This document shows positions 12,901 through 27,300 of a stretch of DNA of 64,000 bases, piece after piece. The translations under genes and the position numbers were made by a program. Below the pieces are notes generated by a model, which ran no database searches, was not told the origin of the DNA, and saw nothing but the letters and a program-made list of their open reading frames with translations. The stretch is from positions 21,501,175-21,565,174 of the forward strand of contig NC_092677.1 of NCBI RefSeq assembly GCF_964355755.1, in the 5' to 3' direction. The stretch comes from Antedon mediterranea (taxonomy: Eukaryota; Animalia; Echinodermata). Each line of letters starts with the position of its first letter. Positions within the stretch are counted from its first letter, which is position 1.

Positions 12901-15819
12901 GCTTAATATGGTATTTAAAAACGTTTTAGACCATTTTGAGCATTTCGACAAAGCTTTTTCTCACAAAACATCAAAGTGTACAGAATAGCTTCAAATCGCA
13001 TTTGGAGACGTTTTAGACCATTTTGTGCATTTCGATGAAACTTGGTTACACAAAAACATCAAAGTGCTTAAAATCACATTTTGAGCATTTCGTTAAAACT
13101 GTTCACACAAAAACATCAAAGAGCAAAAAATAGCTTAATATCGTATTTAAAAACGTTTTAGACCATTTTGAGCATTTCGACAAAACTTTTTCACACAAAA
13201 CATCAAAGTGTACAGAATAGCTTTAAATCGCATTTGGAGACGTTTTAGACCATTTTGTTCATTTCGATGAAACTTGGTTACACAAAAACATCAAATTGCA
13301 CAAAATGGCTTAATATGGTATGGGAAAACGTTTTAGACCATTTTGAACATTTCGAGAAAACTTTTTCACACAAAACTTCAAAGTGTACAGAATAGCTTCA
13401 AATCGCATTTGAAACCGTTTTAGACCATTTTGAGCATTTCGAAAAAACTTTTTCACACAAAACATCAAAGTTTACAAAATAGCTTCAAATCGCATTTGGA
13501 GACGTTTTAGACCATTTTGTGATTTTCGAAAAAACTTGTTAACATAAAAACACCAAAGTGCTCAGAATACCTTCAAATCGCATTTGGAGACGTTTTAGAC
13601 CATTTTGTGATTTTCGAAAAAACTTGTTAACATAAAAACACCAAAGTGCTTAGAAAAGTTTCAAATCGCATTTGGAGACGTTTTAGACCATTTTGTTCAT
13701 TTCGATGAAACTTGGTTACACAAAAACATCAAATTGCACAAAATGGCTTAATATGGTATGGGAAAACGTTTTAGACCATTTTGAACGTTTCGAGAAAACT
13801 TTTTCACACAAAACTTCAAAGTGTACAGAATAGCTTCAAATCGCATTAGAAACCGTTTTAGACCATTTTGAGCATTTCGAAAAAACTTTTTCACACAAAA
13901 CATCAAAGTTTACAAAATAGCTTCAAATCACATTTGGAGACGTTCTAGACCATTTTGTGATTTTCAAAAAAACTTGTTAACATAAAAACACCAAAGTGCT
14001 CAGAATACCTTCAAATCGCATTTTGAGACGTTTTAGACCATTTTGTGATTTTCGAAAAAACTTGTTAACATAAAAACACCAAAGTGCTTAGAAAATCTTC
14101 AAATCGCATTTGGAGACGTTTAAGACCATTTTGTTCATTTCGATGAAACTTGGTTACACAAAAACATCAAAGAGCACAAAAGAGCTTAATATCGTATTTA
14201 AAAACGTTTTAGACCATTTTGAGCATTTCGACAAAACTTTTTCACACAAAACATCAAAGTGTAGAGAATAGCTTTAAATCGCATTTGGAGACGTTTTAGA
14301 CCATTTTCTGGTTTTCGAAAAAACTTGTTAACATAAAAACACAAAAGAGCTAAGAATAGCTTCAAATCGCATTTGGAGACGTTTTAGATCCTTTTGTGCA
14401 TTTCGATGAAACTTGGTTACACAAAAACATCAAAGTGCTTAAAATCACATTAGAAACCGTTTTAGACCATTTTGAGCATTTCGTTAAAACTTTTCACACA
14501 AAAACATCAAAGTCCACAAAATAGCTTAATATCGTATTTAAAAACGTTTTAGACCATTTTGAGCATTTCGAAAAAACTTTTTCACACAAAACATCAAAGT
14601 TTACAAAATAGCTTCAAATCGCATTTGGAGACGTTTTAGACCATTTTGTGATTTTCGAAAAAACTTGTTAACATAAAAACACCAAAGTGCTCAGAATACC
14701 TTCAAATCGCATTTTGAGACGTTTTAGACCATTTTGTGATTTTCGAAAAAACTTGTTAACATAAAAACACCAAAGTGCTTAGAAAATCTTCAAATCGCAT
14801 TTGGAGACGTTTAAGACCATTTTGTTCATTTCGATGAAACTTGGTTACACAAAAACATCAAAGAGCACAAAAGAGCTTAATATCGTATTTAAAAACGTTT
14901 TAGACCATTTTGAGCATTTCGACAAAACTTTTTCACACAAAACATCAAAGTGTAGAGAATAGCTTTAAATCGCATTTGGAGACGTTTTAGACCATTTTCT
15001 GGTTTTCGAAAAAACTTGTTAACATAAAAACACAAAAGAGCTAAGAATAGCTTCAAATCGCATTTGGAGACGTTTTAGATCCTTTTGTGCATTTCGATGA
15101 AACTTGGTTACACAAAAACATCAAAGTGCTTAAAATCACATTAGAAACCGTTTTAGACCATTTTGAGCATTTCGTTAAAACTTTTCACACAAAAACATCA
15201 AAGTCCACAAAATAGCTTAATATCGTATTTAAAAACGTTTTAGACCATTTTGAGCATTTCGAAAAAACTTTTTCACACAAAACATCAAAGTTTACAAAAT
15301 AGCTTCAAATCGCATTTGGAGACGTTTTAGACCATTTTGTGATTTTCGAAAAAACTTGTTAACATAAAAACACCAAAGTGCTCAGAATACCTTCACATCG
15401 CATTTTGAGACGGTTTAGACCATTTTGTGATTTTCGAAAGAACTTGTTAACATAAAAACACCAAAGTGCTTAGAAAAGCTTCAAATTGCATTTGGAGACG
15501 TTTTAGACCATTTTGTGCATTTAGATGAAACTTGGTTACACAAAAACATCAAAGTGCTTAAAATCACATTTTGACCATTTCGTTAAAACTTTTCACACAA
15601 AAACATCAAAGAGTAAAAAATAGCTTAATATCGTATTTAAAAACGTTTTAGACCATTTTGAGCAATTCGACAAAACTTTTTCTCACAAAACATCAAAGTG
15701 TACAGAATAGCTTCAAATCGCATTTGGAGACGTTTTAGACCATTTTGTAGTTTTCGTAAAAACTTGTTAACATAAAAAGACAAAAGAGCTTCAAATCGCA
15801 TTTGGAGACGTTTTAGACC

Positions 15820-18800
15820 CTTTTGTGCATTTCGATGAAACTTGGTTACACAAAAACATCAAACTGCTTAAAATCACATTAGAAACCGTTTTAGACCATT
15901 TTGAGCATTTCGTTAAAACTTTTCACACAAAAACATCAAAGTCCACAAAATAGCTTCATATCGTATTTAAAAACGTTTTAGACCATTTTGAGCATTTCGA
16001 AAAAACTTTTTCACACAAAACATCAAAGTTTACAAAATAGCTTCAAATCGCATTTGGAGACGTTTTAGACCATTTTGTGATTTTCGAAAAAAATTGTTGA
16101 CATAAAAACACCAAAGTGCTCAGAATACCTTCAAATCGCATTTTGAGAAGTTTTAGACCATTTTGTGATTTTCGAAAAAACTTGTTAACATAAAAACACC
16201 AAAGTGCTCAGAATACCTTCAAATCGTATTTTGAGACGTTTTAGACCATTTTGTGATTTTCGAAAAAACTTGTTAACATAAAAACACCAAAGTGCTTAGA
16301 AAAGCTTCAAATCGCATTTGGAGACGTTTTAGACCATTTTGTTCATTTCGATTAAACTTGGTTACACAAAAACATCAAAGAGCACAAAAGAGCTTAATAT
16401 CGTATTTAAAAACGTTTTAGACCATTTTGAGCATTTCGACAAAACTTTTTCAAACAAAACATCAAAGTGTACAGAATAGCTTTAAATCGCATTTGGAGAC
16501 GTTTTAGACCATTTTGTAGTTTTCGAAAAAACTTCTTAACATAAAAACACAAAAGAGCTTCAAATCGCATTTGGAGACGTTTTAGACCCTTTTGTGCATT
16601 TCGATGAAACTTGGTTACACAAAAACATCAAAGTGCTTAAAATCACATTAGAAACCGTTTTAGACCATTTTGAGCATTTCGTTAAAACTTTTCAGAAAAA
16701 AACATCAAAGTCCACAAAATAGCTTAATATCGTATTTAAAAACGTTTTAGACCATTTTGAGCATTTCGAAAAAACTTTTTCACACAAAACATCAAAGTTT
16801 ACAAAATAGCTTCAAATCGCATTTGGAGACGTTTTAGACCATTTTGTGATTTTCGAAAAAACTTGTTAACATAAAAACACCAAAGTGCTCAGAATACCTT
16901 CAAATCGCTTTTGGAGACGTTTTAGACCATTTTGTGATTTTCGAAAAAACTTGTTAACATAAAAACACCAAAGTGCTTAGAAAAGTTTCAAATCGCATTT
17001 GGAGACGTTTTAGACCATTTTGTTCATTTCGATGAAACTTGGTTACACAAAAACATCAAATTGCACAAAATGGCTTAATATGGTATGGGAAAACGTTTTA
17101 GACCATTTTGAACGTTTCGAGAAAACTTTTTCACACAAAACTTCAAAGTGTACAGAATAGCTTCAAATCGCATTAGAAACCGTTTTAGACCATTTTGAGC
17201 ATTTCGAAAAAACTTTTTCACACAAAACATCAAAGTTTACAAAATAGCTTCAAATCACATTTGGAGACGTTCTAGACCATTTTGTGATTTTCAAAAAAAC
17301 TTGTTAACATAAAAACACCAAAGTGCTCAGAATACCTTCAAATCGCATTTTGAGACGTTTTAGACCATTTTGTGATTTTCGAAAAAACTTGTTAACATAA
17401 AAACACCAAAGTGCTTAGAAAATCTTCAAATCGCATTTGGAGACGTTTAAGACCATTTTGTTCATTTCGATGAAACTTGGTTACACAAAAACATCAAAGA
17501 GCACAAAAGAGCTTAATATCGTATTTAAAAACGTTTTAGACCATTTTGAGCATTTCAACAAAACTTTTTCACACAAAACATCAAAGTGTACAGAATAGCT
17601 TTAAATCGCATTTGGAGACGTTTTAGACCATTTTGTGGTTTTCGAAAAAACTTGTTAACATAAAAACACAAAAGAGCTAAGAATAGCTTCAAATCGCATT
17701 TGGAGACGTTTTAGATCCTTTTGTGCATTTCGATGAAACTTGGTTACACAAAAACATCAAAGTGCTTAAAATCACATTAGAAACCGTTTTAGACCATTTT
17801 GAGCATTTCGTTAAAACTTTTCACACAAAAACATCAAAGTCCACAAAATAGCTTAATATCGTATTTAAAAACGTTTTAGACCATTTTGAGCATTTCGAAA
17901 AAACTTTTTCACACAAAACATCAAAGTTTACAAAATAGCTTCAAATCGCATTTGGAGACGTTTTAGACCATTTTGTGATTTTCGAAAAAACTTGTTAACA
18001 TAAAAACACCAAAGTGCTTAGAAAATCTTCAAATCGCATTTGGAGACGTTTAAGACCATTTTGTGCATTTCGATGAAACTTGGTTACACAAAAACATCAA
18101 ACTGCTTAAAATCACATTAGAAACCGTTTTAGACCATTTTGAGCATTTCGTTAAAACTTTTCACACAAAAACATCAAAGTCCACAAAATAGCTTCATATC
18201 GTATTTAAAAACGTTTTAGACCATTTTGAGCATTTCGAAAAAACTTTTTCACACAAAACATCAAAGTTTACAAAATAGCTTCAAATCGCATTTGGAGACG
18301 TTTTAGACCATTTTGTGATTTTCGAAAAAAATTGTTAACATAAAAACACCAAAGTGCTCAGAATACCTTCAAATCGCATTTTGAGAAGTTTTAGACCATT
18401 TTGTGATTTTCGAAAAAACTTGTTAACATAAAAACACCAAAGTGCTCAGAATACCTTCAAATCGTATTTTGAGACGTTTTAGACCATTTTGTGATTTTCG
18501 AAAAAACTTGTTAACATAAAAACACCAAAGTGCTTAGAAAAGCTTCAAATCGCATTTGGAGACGTTTTAGACCATTTTGTTCATTTCGATTAAACTTGGT
18601 TACACAAAAACATCAAAGAGCACAAAAGAGCTTAATATCGTATTTAAAAACGTTTTAGACCATTTTGAGCATTTCGACAAAACTTTTTCAAACAAAACAT
18701 CAAAGTGTACAGAATAGCTTTAAATCGCATTTGGAGACGTTTTAGACCATTTTGTAGTTTTCGAAAAAACTTCTTAACATAAAAACACAAAAGAGCTTCA

Positions 18801-20296
18801 AATCGCATTTGGAGACGTTTTAGACCCTTTTGTGCATTTCGATGAAACTTGGTTACACAAAAACATCAAAGTGCTTAAAATCACATTAGAAACCGTTTTA
18901 GACCATTTTGAGCATTTCGTTAAAACTTTTCAGAAAAAAACATCAAAGTCCACAAAATAGCTTAATATCGTATTTAAAAACGTTTTAGACCATTTTGAGC
19001 ATTTCGAAAAAACTTTTTCACACAAAACATCAAAGTTTACAAAATAGCTTCAAATCGCATTTGGAGACGTTTTAGACCATTTTGAGATTTTCGAAAAAAC
19101 TTGTTAACATAAAAACACCAAAGTGCTCAGAATACCTTCAAATCGCATTTGGAGACGTTTTAGACCATTTTGTGATTTTCGAAAAAACTTGTTAACATAA
19201 AAACACCAAAGTGCTTAGAAAAGTTTCAAATCGCATTTGGAGACGTTTTAGACCATTTTGTTCATTTCGATGAAACTTGGTTACACAAAAACATCAAATT
19301 GCACAAAATGGCTTAATATGGTATGGGAAAACGTTTTAGACCATTTTGAACGTTTCGAGAAAACTTTTTCACACAAAACTTCAAAGTGTACAGAATAGCT
19401 TCAAATCGCATTAGAAACCGTTTTAGACCATTTTGAGCATTTCGAAAAAACTTTTTCACACAAAACATCAAAGTTTACAAAATAGCTTCAAATCACATTT
19501 GGAGACGTTCTAGACCATTTTGTGATTTTCAAAAAAACTTGTTAACATAAAAACACCAAAGTGCTCAGAATACCTTCAAATCGCATTTTGAGACGTTTTA
19601 GACCATTTTGTGATTTTCGAAAAAACTTGTTAACATAAAAACACCAAAGTGCTTAGAAAATCTTCAAATCGCATTTGGAGACGTTTAAGACCATTTTGTT
19701 CATTTCGATGAAACTTGGTTACACAAAAACATCAAAGAGCACAAAAGAGCTTAATATCGTATTTAAAAACGTTTTAGACCATTTTGAGCATTTCAACAAA
19801 ACTTTTTCACACAAAACATCAAAGTGTACAGAATAGCTTTAAATCGCATTTGGAGACGTTTTAGACCATTTTGTGGTTTTCGAAAAAACTTGTTAACATA
19901 AAAACACAAAAGAGCTAAGAATAGCTTCAAATCGCATTTGGAGACGTTTTAGATCCTTTTGTGCATTTCGATGAAACTTGGTTACACAAAAACATCAAAG
20001 TGCTTAAAATCACATTAGAAACCGTTTTAGACCATTTTGAGCATTTCGTTAAAACTTTTCACACAAAAACATCAAAGTCCACAAAATAGCTTAATATCGT
20101 ATTTAAAAACGTTTTAGACCATTTTGAGCATTTCGAAAAAACTTTTTCACACAAAACATCAAAGTTTACAAAATAACTTCAAATCGCATTTGGAGACGTT
20201 TTAGACCATTTTGTGATTTTCGAAAAAACTTGTTAACATAAAAACACCAAAGTGCTTAGAAAATCTTCAAATCGCATTTGGAGACGTTTAAGACCA
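15820..20296 (+). repeat. 2238-bp tandem duplication
   Basis: GAGAAG occurs at 16145/18383 and CAGAAAAAA at 16693/18931, both at offset 2238. Confidence 0.85.
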
Positions 20297-23200
20297 TTTT
20301 GTTCATTTCGATTAAACTTGGTTACACAAAAACATCAAAGAGCACAAAAGAGCTTAATATCGTATTTAAAAACGTTTTAGACCATTTTGAGCATTTCGAC
20401 AAAACTTTTTCAAACAAAACATCAAAGTGTACAGAATAGCTTTAAATCGCATTTGGAGACGTTTTAGACCATTTTGTAGTTTTCGAAAAAACTTGTTAAC
20501 ATAAAAACACAAAAGAGCTAAGAATAGCTTCAAATCGCATTTGGAGACGTTTTAGACCCTTTTGTGCATTTCGATGAAACTTGGTTACACAAAAACATCA
20601 AAGTGCTTAAAATCACATTAGAAACCGTTTTAGACCATTTTGAGCATTTCGTTAAAACTTTTCAGACAAAAACATCAAAGTCCACAAAATAGCTTAATAT
20701 CGTATTTAAAAACGTTTTAGACCATTTTGAGCATTTCGAAAAAACTTTTTCACACAAAACATCAAAGTTTACAAAATAGCTTCAAATCGCATTTGGAGAC
20801 GTTTTAGACCATTTTGTGATTTTCGAAAAAACTTGTTAACATAAAAACACCAAAGTGCTCAGAATACCTTCAAATCGCATTTTGAGACGTTTTAGACCAT
20901 TTTGTGATTTTCGAAAAAACTTGTTAACTTAAAAACACCAAAGTGCTTAGAAAATCTTCAAATCGCATTTGGTGACGTTTTAGACCATTTTGAGCATTTC
21001 GATAAAATTTTACACACAAAAACATCAAAGTGCACAAAATAGCTTAATATGGTATTTAAAAACGTTTTAGACCATTTTGAGCATTTCGACAAAGCTTTTT
21101 CTCACAAAACATCAAAGTGTACAGAATAGCTTCAAATCGCATTTGGAGACGTTTTAGACCATTTTGTGCATTTCGATGAAACTTGGTTACACAAAAACAT
21201 CAAAGTGCTTAAAATCACATTTTGAGCATTTCGTTAAAACTGTTCACACAAAAACATCAAAGAGCAAAAAATAGCTTTATATCGTATTTAAAAACGTTTT
21301 AGACCATTTTGAGCATTTCGACAAAACTTTTTCACACAAAACATCAAAGTGTACAGAATAGCTTTAAATCGCATTTGGAGACGTTTTAGACCATTTTGTT
21401 CATTTCGATGAAACTTGGTTACATAAAAACATCAAATTGCACAAAATGGCTTAATATGGTATGGGAAAACGTTTTAGACCATTTTGAACATTTCGAGAAA
21501 ACTTTTTCACACAAAACTTCAAAGTGTACAGAATAGCTTCAAATCGCATTTGAAACCGTTTTAGACCATTTTGAGCATTTCGAAAAAACTTTTTAACACA
21601 AAACATCAAAGTTTACAAAATAGCTTCAAATCGCATTTGGAGACGTTTTAGACCATTTTGTGATTTTCGAAAAAACTTGTTAACATAAAAACACCAAAGT
21701 GCTCAGAATACCTTCAAATCGCATTTGGAGACGTTTTAGACCATTTTGTGATTTTCGAAAAAACTTGTTAACATAAAAACACCAAAGTGCTTAGAAAAGT
21801 TTCAAATCGCATTTGGAGACGTTTTAGACCATTTTGTTCATTTCGATGAAACTTGGTTACACAAAAACATCAAATTGCACAAAATGGCTTAATATGGTAT
21901 GGGAAAACGTTTTAGACCATTTTGAACGTTTCGAGAAAACTTTTTCACACAAAACTTCAAAGTGTACAGAATAGCTTCAAATCGCATTAGAAACCGTTTT
22001 AGACCATTTTGAGCATTTCGAAAAAACTTTTTCACACAAAACATCAAAGTTTACAAAATAGCTTCAAATCACATTTGGAGACGTTCTAGACCATTTTGTG
22101 ATTTTCAAAAAAACTTGTTAACATAAAAACACCAAAGTGCTCAGAATACCTTCAAATCACATTAGAAACCGTTTTAGACCATTTTGAGCATTTCGTTAAA
22201 ACTTTTCACACAAAAACATCAAAGTCCACAAAATAGCTTAATATCGTATTTAAAAACGTTTTAGACCATTTTGAGCATTTCGAAAAAACTTTTTCACACA
22301 AAACATCAAAGTTTACAAAATAACTTCAAATCGCATTTGGAGACGTTTTAGACCATTTTGTGATTTTCGAAAAAACTTGTTAACATAAAAACACCAAAGT
22401 GCTTAGAAAATCTTCAAATCGCATTTGGAGACGTTTAAGACCATTTTGTTCATTTCGATTAAACTTGGTTACACAAAAACATCAAAGAGCACAAAAGAGC
22501 TTAATATCGTATTTAAAAACGTTTTAGACCATTTTGAGCATTTCGACAAAACTTTTTCAAACAAAACATCAAAGTGTACAGAATAGCTTTAAATCGCATT
22601 TGGAGACGTTTTAGACCATTTTGTAGTTTTCGAAAAAACTTGTTAACATAAAAACACAAAAGAGCTAAGAATAGCTTCAAATCGCATTTGGAGACGTTTT
22701 AGACCCTTTTGTGCATTTCGATGAAACTTGGTTACACAAAAACATCAAAGTGCTTAAAATCACATTAGAAACCGTTTTAGACCATTTTGAGCATTTCGTT
22801 AAAACTTTTCAGACAAAAACATCAAAGTCCACAAAATAGCTTAATATCGTATTTAAAAACGTTTTAGACCATTTTGAGCATTTCGAAAAAACTTTTTCAC
22901 ACAAAACATCAAAGTTTACAAAATAGCTTCAAATCGCATTTGGAGACGTTTTAGACCATTTTGTGATTTTCGAAAAAACTTGTTAACATAAAAACACCAA
23001 AGTGCTCAGAATACCTTCAAATCGCATTTTGAGACGTTTTAGACCATTTTGTGATTTTCGAAAAAACTTGTTAACTTAAAAACACCAAAGTGCTTAGAAA
23101 ATCTTCAAATCGCATTTGGTGACGTTTTAGACCATTTTGAGCATTTCGATAAAATTTTACACACAAAAACATCAAAGTGCACAAAATAGCTTAATATGGT

Positions 23201-24301
23201 ATTTAAAAACGTTTTAGACCATTTTGAGCATTTCGACAAAGCTTTTTCTCACAAAACATCAAAGTGTACAGAATAGCTTCAAATCGCATTTGGAGACGTT
23301 TTAGACCATTTTGTGCATTTCGATGAAACTTGGTTACACAAAAACATCAAAGTGCTTAAAATCACATTTTGAGCATTTCGTTAAAACTGTTCACACAAAA
23401 ACATCAAAGAGCAAAAAATAGCTTTATATCGTATTTAAAAACGTTTTAGACCATTTTGAGCATTTCGACAAAACTTTTTCACACAAAACATCAAAGTGTA
23501 CAGAATAGCTTTAAATCGCATTTGGAGACGTTTTAGACCATTTTGTTCATTTCGATGAAACTTGGTTACATAAAAACATCAAATTGCACAAAATGGCTTA
23601 ATATGGTATGGGAAAACGTTTTAGACCATTTTGAACATTTCGAGAAAACTTTTTCACACAAAACTTCAAAGTGTACAGAATAGCTTCAAATCGCATTTGA
23701 AACCGTTTTAGACCATTTTGAGCATTTCGAAAAAACTTTTTAACACAAAACATCAAAGTTTACAAAATAGCTTCAAATCGCATTTGGAGACGTTTTAGAC
23801 CATTTTGTGATTTTCGAAAAAACTTGTTAACATAAAAACACCAAAGTGCTCAGAATACCTTCAAATCGCATTTGGAGACGTTTTAGACCATTTTGTGATT
23901 TTCGAAAAAACTTGTTAACATAAAAACACCAAAGTGCTTAGAAAAGTTTCAAATCGCATTTGGAGACGTTTTAGACCATTTTGTTCATTTCGATGAAACT
24001 TGGTTACACAAAAACATCAAATTGCACAAAATGGCTTAATATGGTATGGGAAAACGTTTTAGACCATTTTGAACGTTTCGAGAAAACTTTTTCACACAAA
24101 ACTTCAAAGTGTACAGAATAGCTTCAAATCGCATTAGAAACCGTTTTAGACCATTTTGAGCATTTCGAAAAAACTTTTTCACACAAAACATCAAAGTTTA
24201 CAAAATAGCTTCAAATCACATTTGGAGACGTTCTAGACCATTTTGTGATTTTCAAAAAAACATGTTAACATAAAAACACCAAAGTGCTCAGAATACCTTC
24301 A
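20007..24301 (+). repeat. 2147-bp tandem duplication
   Basis: TAACTTC occurs at 20174/22321 and GCTTTATATC at 21274/23421. A chimeric junction monomer sits at ~22154. Confidence 0.9.
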
Positions 24302-27300
24302 AATCGCATTTTGAGACGTTTTAGACCATTTTGTGATTTTCGAAAAAACTTGTTAACATAAAAACACCAAAGTGCTTAGAAAATCTTCAAATCGCATTTG
24401 GAGACGTTTAAGACCATTTTGAGTATTTCGATGAAACTTGGTTACACAAAAACATCAAAGTGCTTAAAATCACATTAGAAACCGTTTTAGACCATTTTGA
24501 GCATTTCGTTAAAACTTTTCACACAAAAACATCAAAGTCCACAAAATAGCTTAATATCGTATTTAAAAACGTTTTAGACCATTTTGAGCATTTCGAAAAA
24601 ACTTTTTCACACAAAACATCAAAGTTTACAAAATAGCTTCAAATCGCATTTGGAGACGTTTTAGACCATTTTGTGATTTTCGAAAAAACTTGTTAACATA
24701 AAAACACCAAAGTGCTTAGAAAATCTTCAAATCGCATTTGGAGACGTTTAAGACCATTTTGTTCATTTCGATTAAACTTGGTTACACAAAAACATCAAAG
24801 AGCACAAAAGAGCTTAATATCGTATTTAAAAACGTTTTAGACCATTTTGAGCATTTCGACAAAACTTTTTCAAACAAAACATCAAAGTGTACAGAATAGC
24901 TTTAAATCGCATTTGGAGACGTTTTAGACCATTTTGTGATTTTCGAAAAAACTTGTTAACATAAAAACACCAAAGTGCTCAGAATACCTTCAAATCGCAT
25001 TTTGAGACGTTTTAGACCATTTTGTGATTTTCGAAAAAACTTGTTAACTTAAAAACACCAAAGTGCTTAGAAAATCTTCAAATCGCATTTGGAGACGTTT
25101 AAGACCATTTTGAGTATTTCGATGAAACTTGGTTACACAAAAACATCAAAGTGCTTAAAATCACATTAGAAACCGTTTTAGACCATTTTGAGCATTTCGT
25201 TAAAACTTTTCACACAAAAACATCAAAGTTTACAAAATAGCTTAATATCGTATTTAAAAACGTTTTAGACCATTTTGAGCATTTCGAAAAAACTTTTTCA
25301 CACAAAACATCAAAGTTTACAAAATAGCTTCAAATCGCATTTGGAGACGTTTTAGACCATTTTGTGATTTTCGAAAAAACTTGTTAACATAAAAACACCA
25401 AAGTGCTTAGAAAATCTTCAAATCGCATTTGGAGACGTTTAAGACCATTTTGTTCATTTCGATTAAACTTGGTTACACAAAAACATCAAAGAGCACAAAA
25501 GAGCTTAATATCGTATTTAAAAACGTTTTAGACCATTTTGAGCATTTCGACAAAACTTTTTCAAACAAAACATCAAAGTGTACAGAATAGCTTTAAATCG
25601 CATTTGGAGACGTTTTAGACCATTTTGTAGTTTTCGAAAAAACTTGTTAACATAAAAACACAAAAGAGCTAAGAATAGCTTCAAATCGCATTTGGAGACG
25701 TTTTAGACCCTTTTGTGCATTTCGATGAAACTTGGTTACACAAAAACATCAAAGTGCTTAAAATCACATTAGAAACCGTTTTAGACCATTTTGAGCATTT
25801 CGTTAAAACTTTTCAGACAAAAACATCAAAGTCCACAAAATAGCTTAATATCGTATTTAAAAACGTTTTAGACCATTTTGAGCATTTCGAAAAAACTTTT
25901 TCACACAAAACATCAAAGTTTACAAAATAGCTTCAAATCGCATTTGGAGACGTTTTAGACCATTTTGTGATTTTCGAAAAAACTTGTTAACATAAAAACA
26001 CCAAAGTGCTCAGAATACCTTCAAATCGCATTTTGAGACGTTTTAGACCATTTTGTGATTTTCGAAAAAACTTGTTAACTTAAAAACACCAAAGTGCTTA
26101 GAAAATCTTCAAATCGCATTTGGTGACGTTTTAAACCATTTTGAGCATTTCGATAAAATTTTACACACAAAAACATCAAAGTGCACAAAATAGCTTAATA
26201 TGGTATTTAAAAACGTTTTAGACCATTTTGAGCATTTCGACAAAGCTTTTTCTCACAAAACATCAAAGTGTACAGAATAGCTTCAAATCGCATTTGGAGA
26301 CGTTTTAGACCATTTTGTGAATTTCGATGAAACTTGGTTACACAAAAACATCAAAGTGCTTAAAATCACATTTTGAGCATTTCGTTAAAACTGTTCACAC
26401 AAAAACATCAAAGAGCAAAAAATAGCTTAATATCGTATTTAAAAACGTTTTAGACCCTTTTGAGCATTTCGAAAAACTTTTTCACACAAAACATCAAAGT
26501 GTACAGAATAGCTTTAAATCGCATTTGGAGACGTTTTAGACCATTTTGTTCATTTCGATGAAACTTGGTTACACAAAAACATCAAATTGCACAAAATGGC
26601 TTAATATGGTATGGGAAAACGTTTTAGACCATTTTGAACATTTCGAGAAAACTTTTTCACACAAAACTTCAAAGTGTACAGAATAGCTTCAAATCGCATT
26701 TGAAACCGTTTTAGACCATTTTGAGCATTTCGAAAAAACTTTTTCACACAAAACATCAAAGTTTACAAAATAGCTTCAAATCGCATTTGGAGACGTTTTA
26801 GACCATTTTGTGATTTTCGAAAAAACTTGTTAACATAAAAACACCAAAGTGCTCAGAATACCTTCAAATCGCATTTGGAGACGTTTTAGACCATTTTGTG
26901 ATTTTCAAAAAAACTTGTTAACATAAAAACACCAAAGTGCTTAGAAAAGTTTCAAATCGCATTTGGAGACGTTTTAGACCATTTTGTTCATTTCGATGAA
27001 ACTTGGTTACACAAAAACATCAAATTGCACAAAATGGCTTAATATGGTATGGGAAAACGTTTTAGACCATTTTGAACGTTTCGAGAAAACTTTTTCACAC
27101 AAAACTTCAAAGTGTACAGAATAGCTTCAAATCGCATTAGAAACCGTTTTAGACCATTTTGAGCATTTCGAAAAAACTTTTTCACACAAAACATCAAAGT
27201 TTACAAAATAGCTTCAAATCACATTTGGAGACGTTCTAGACCATTTTGTGATTTTCAAAAAAACTTGTTAACATAAAAACACCAAAGTGCTCAGAATACC

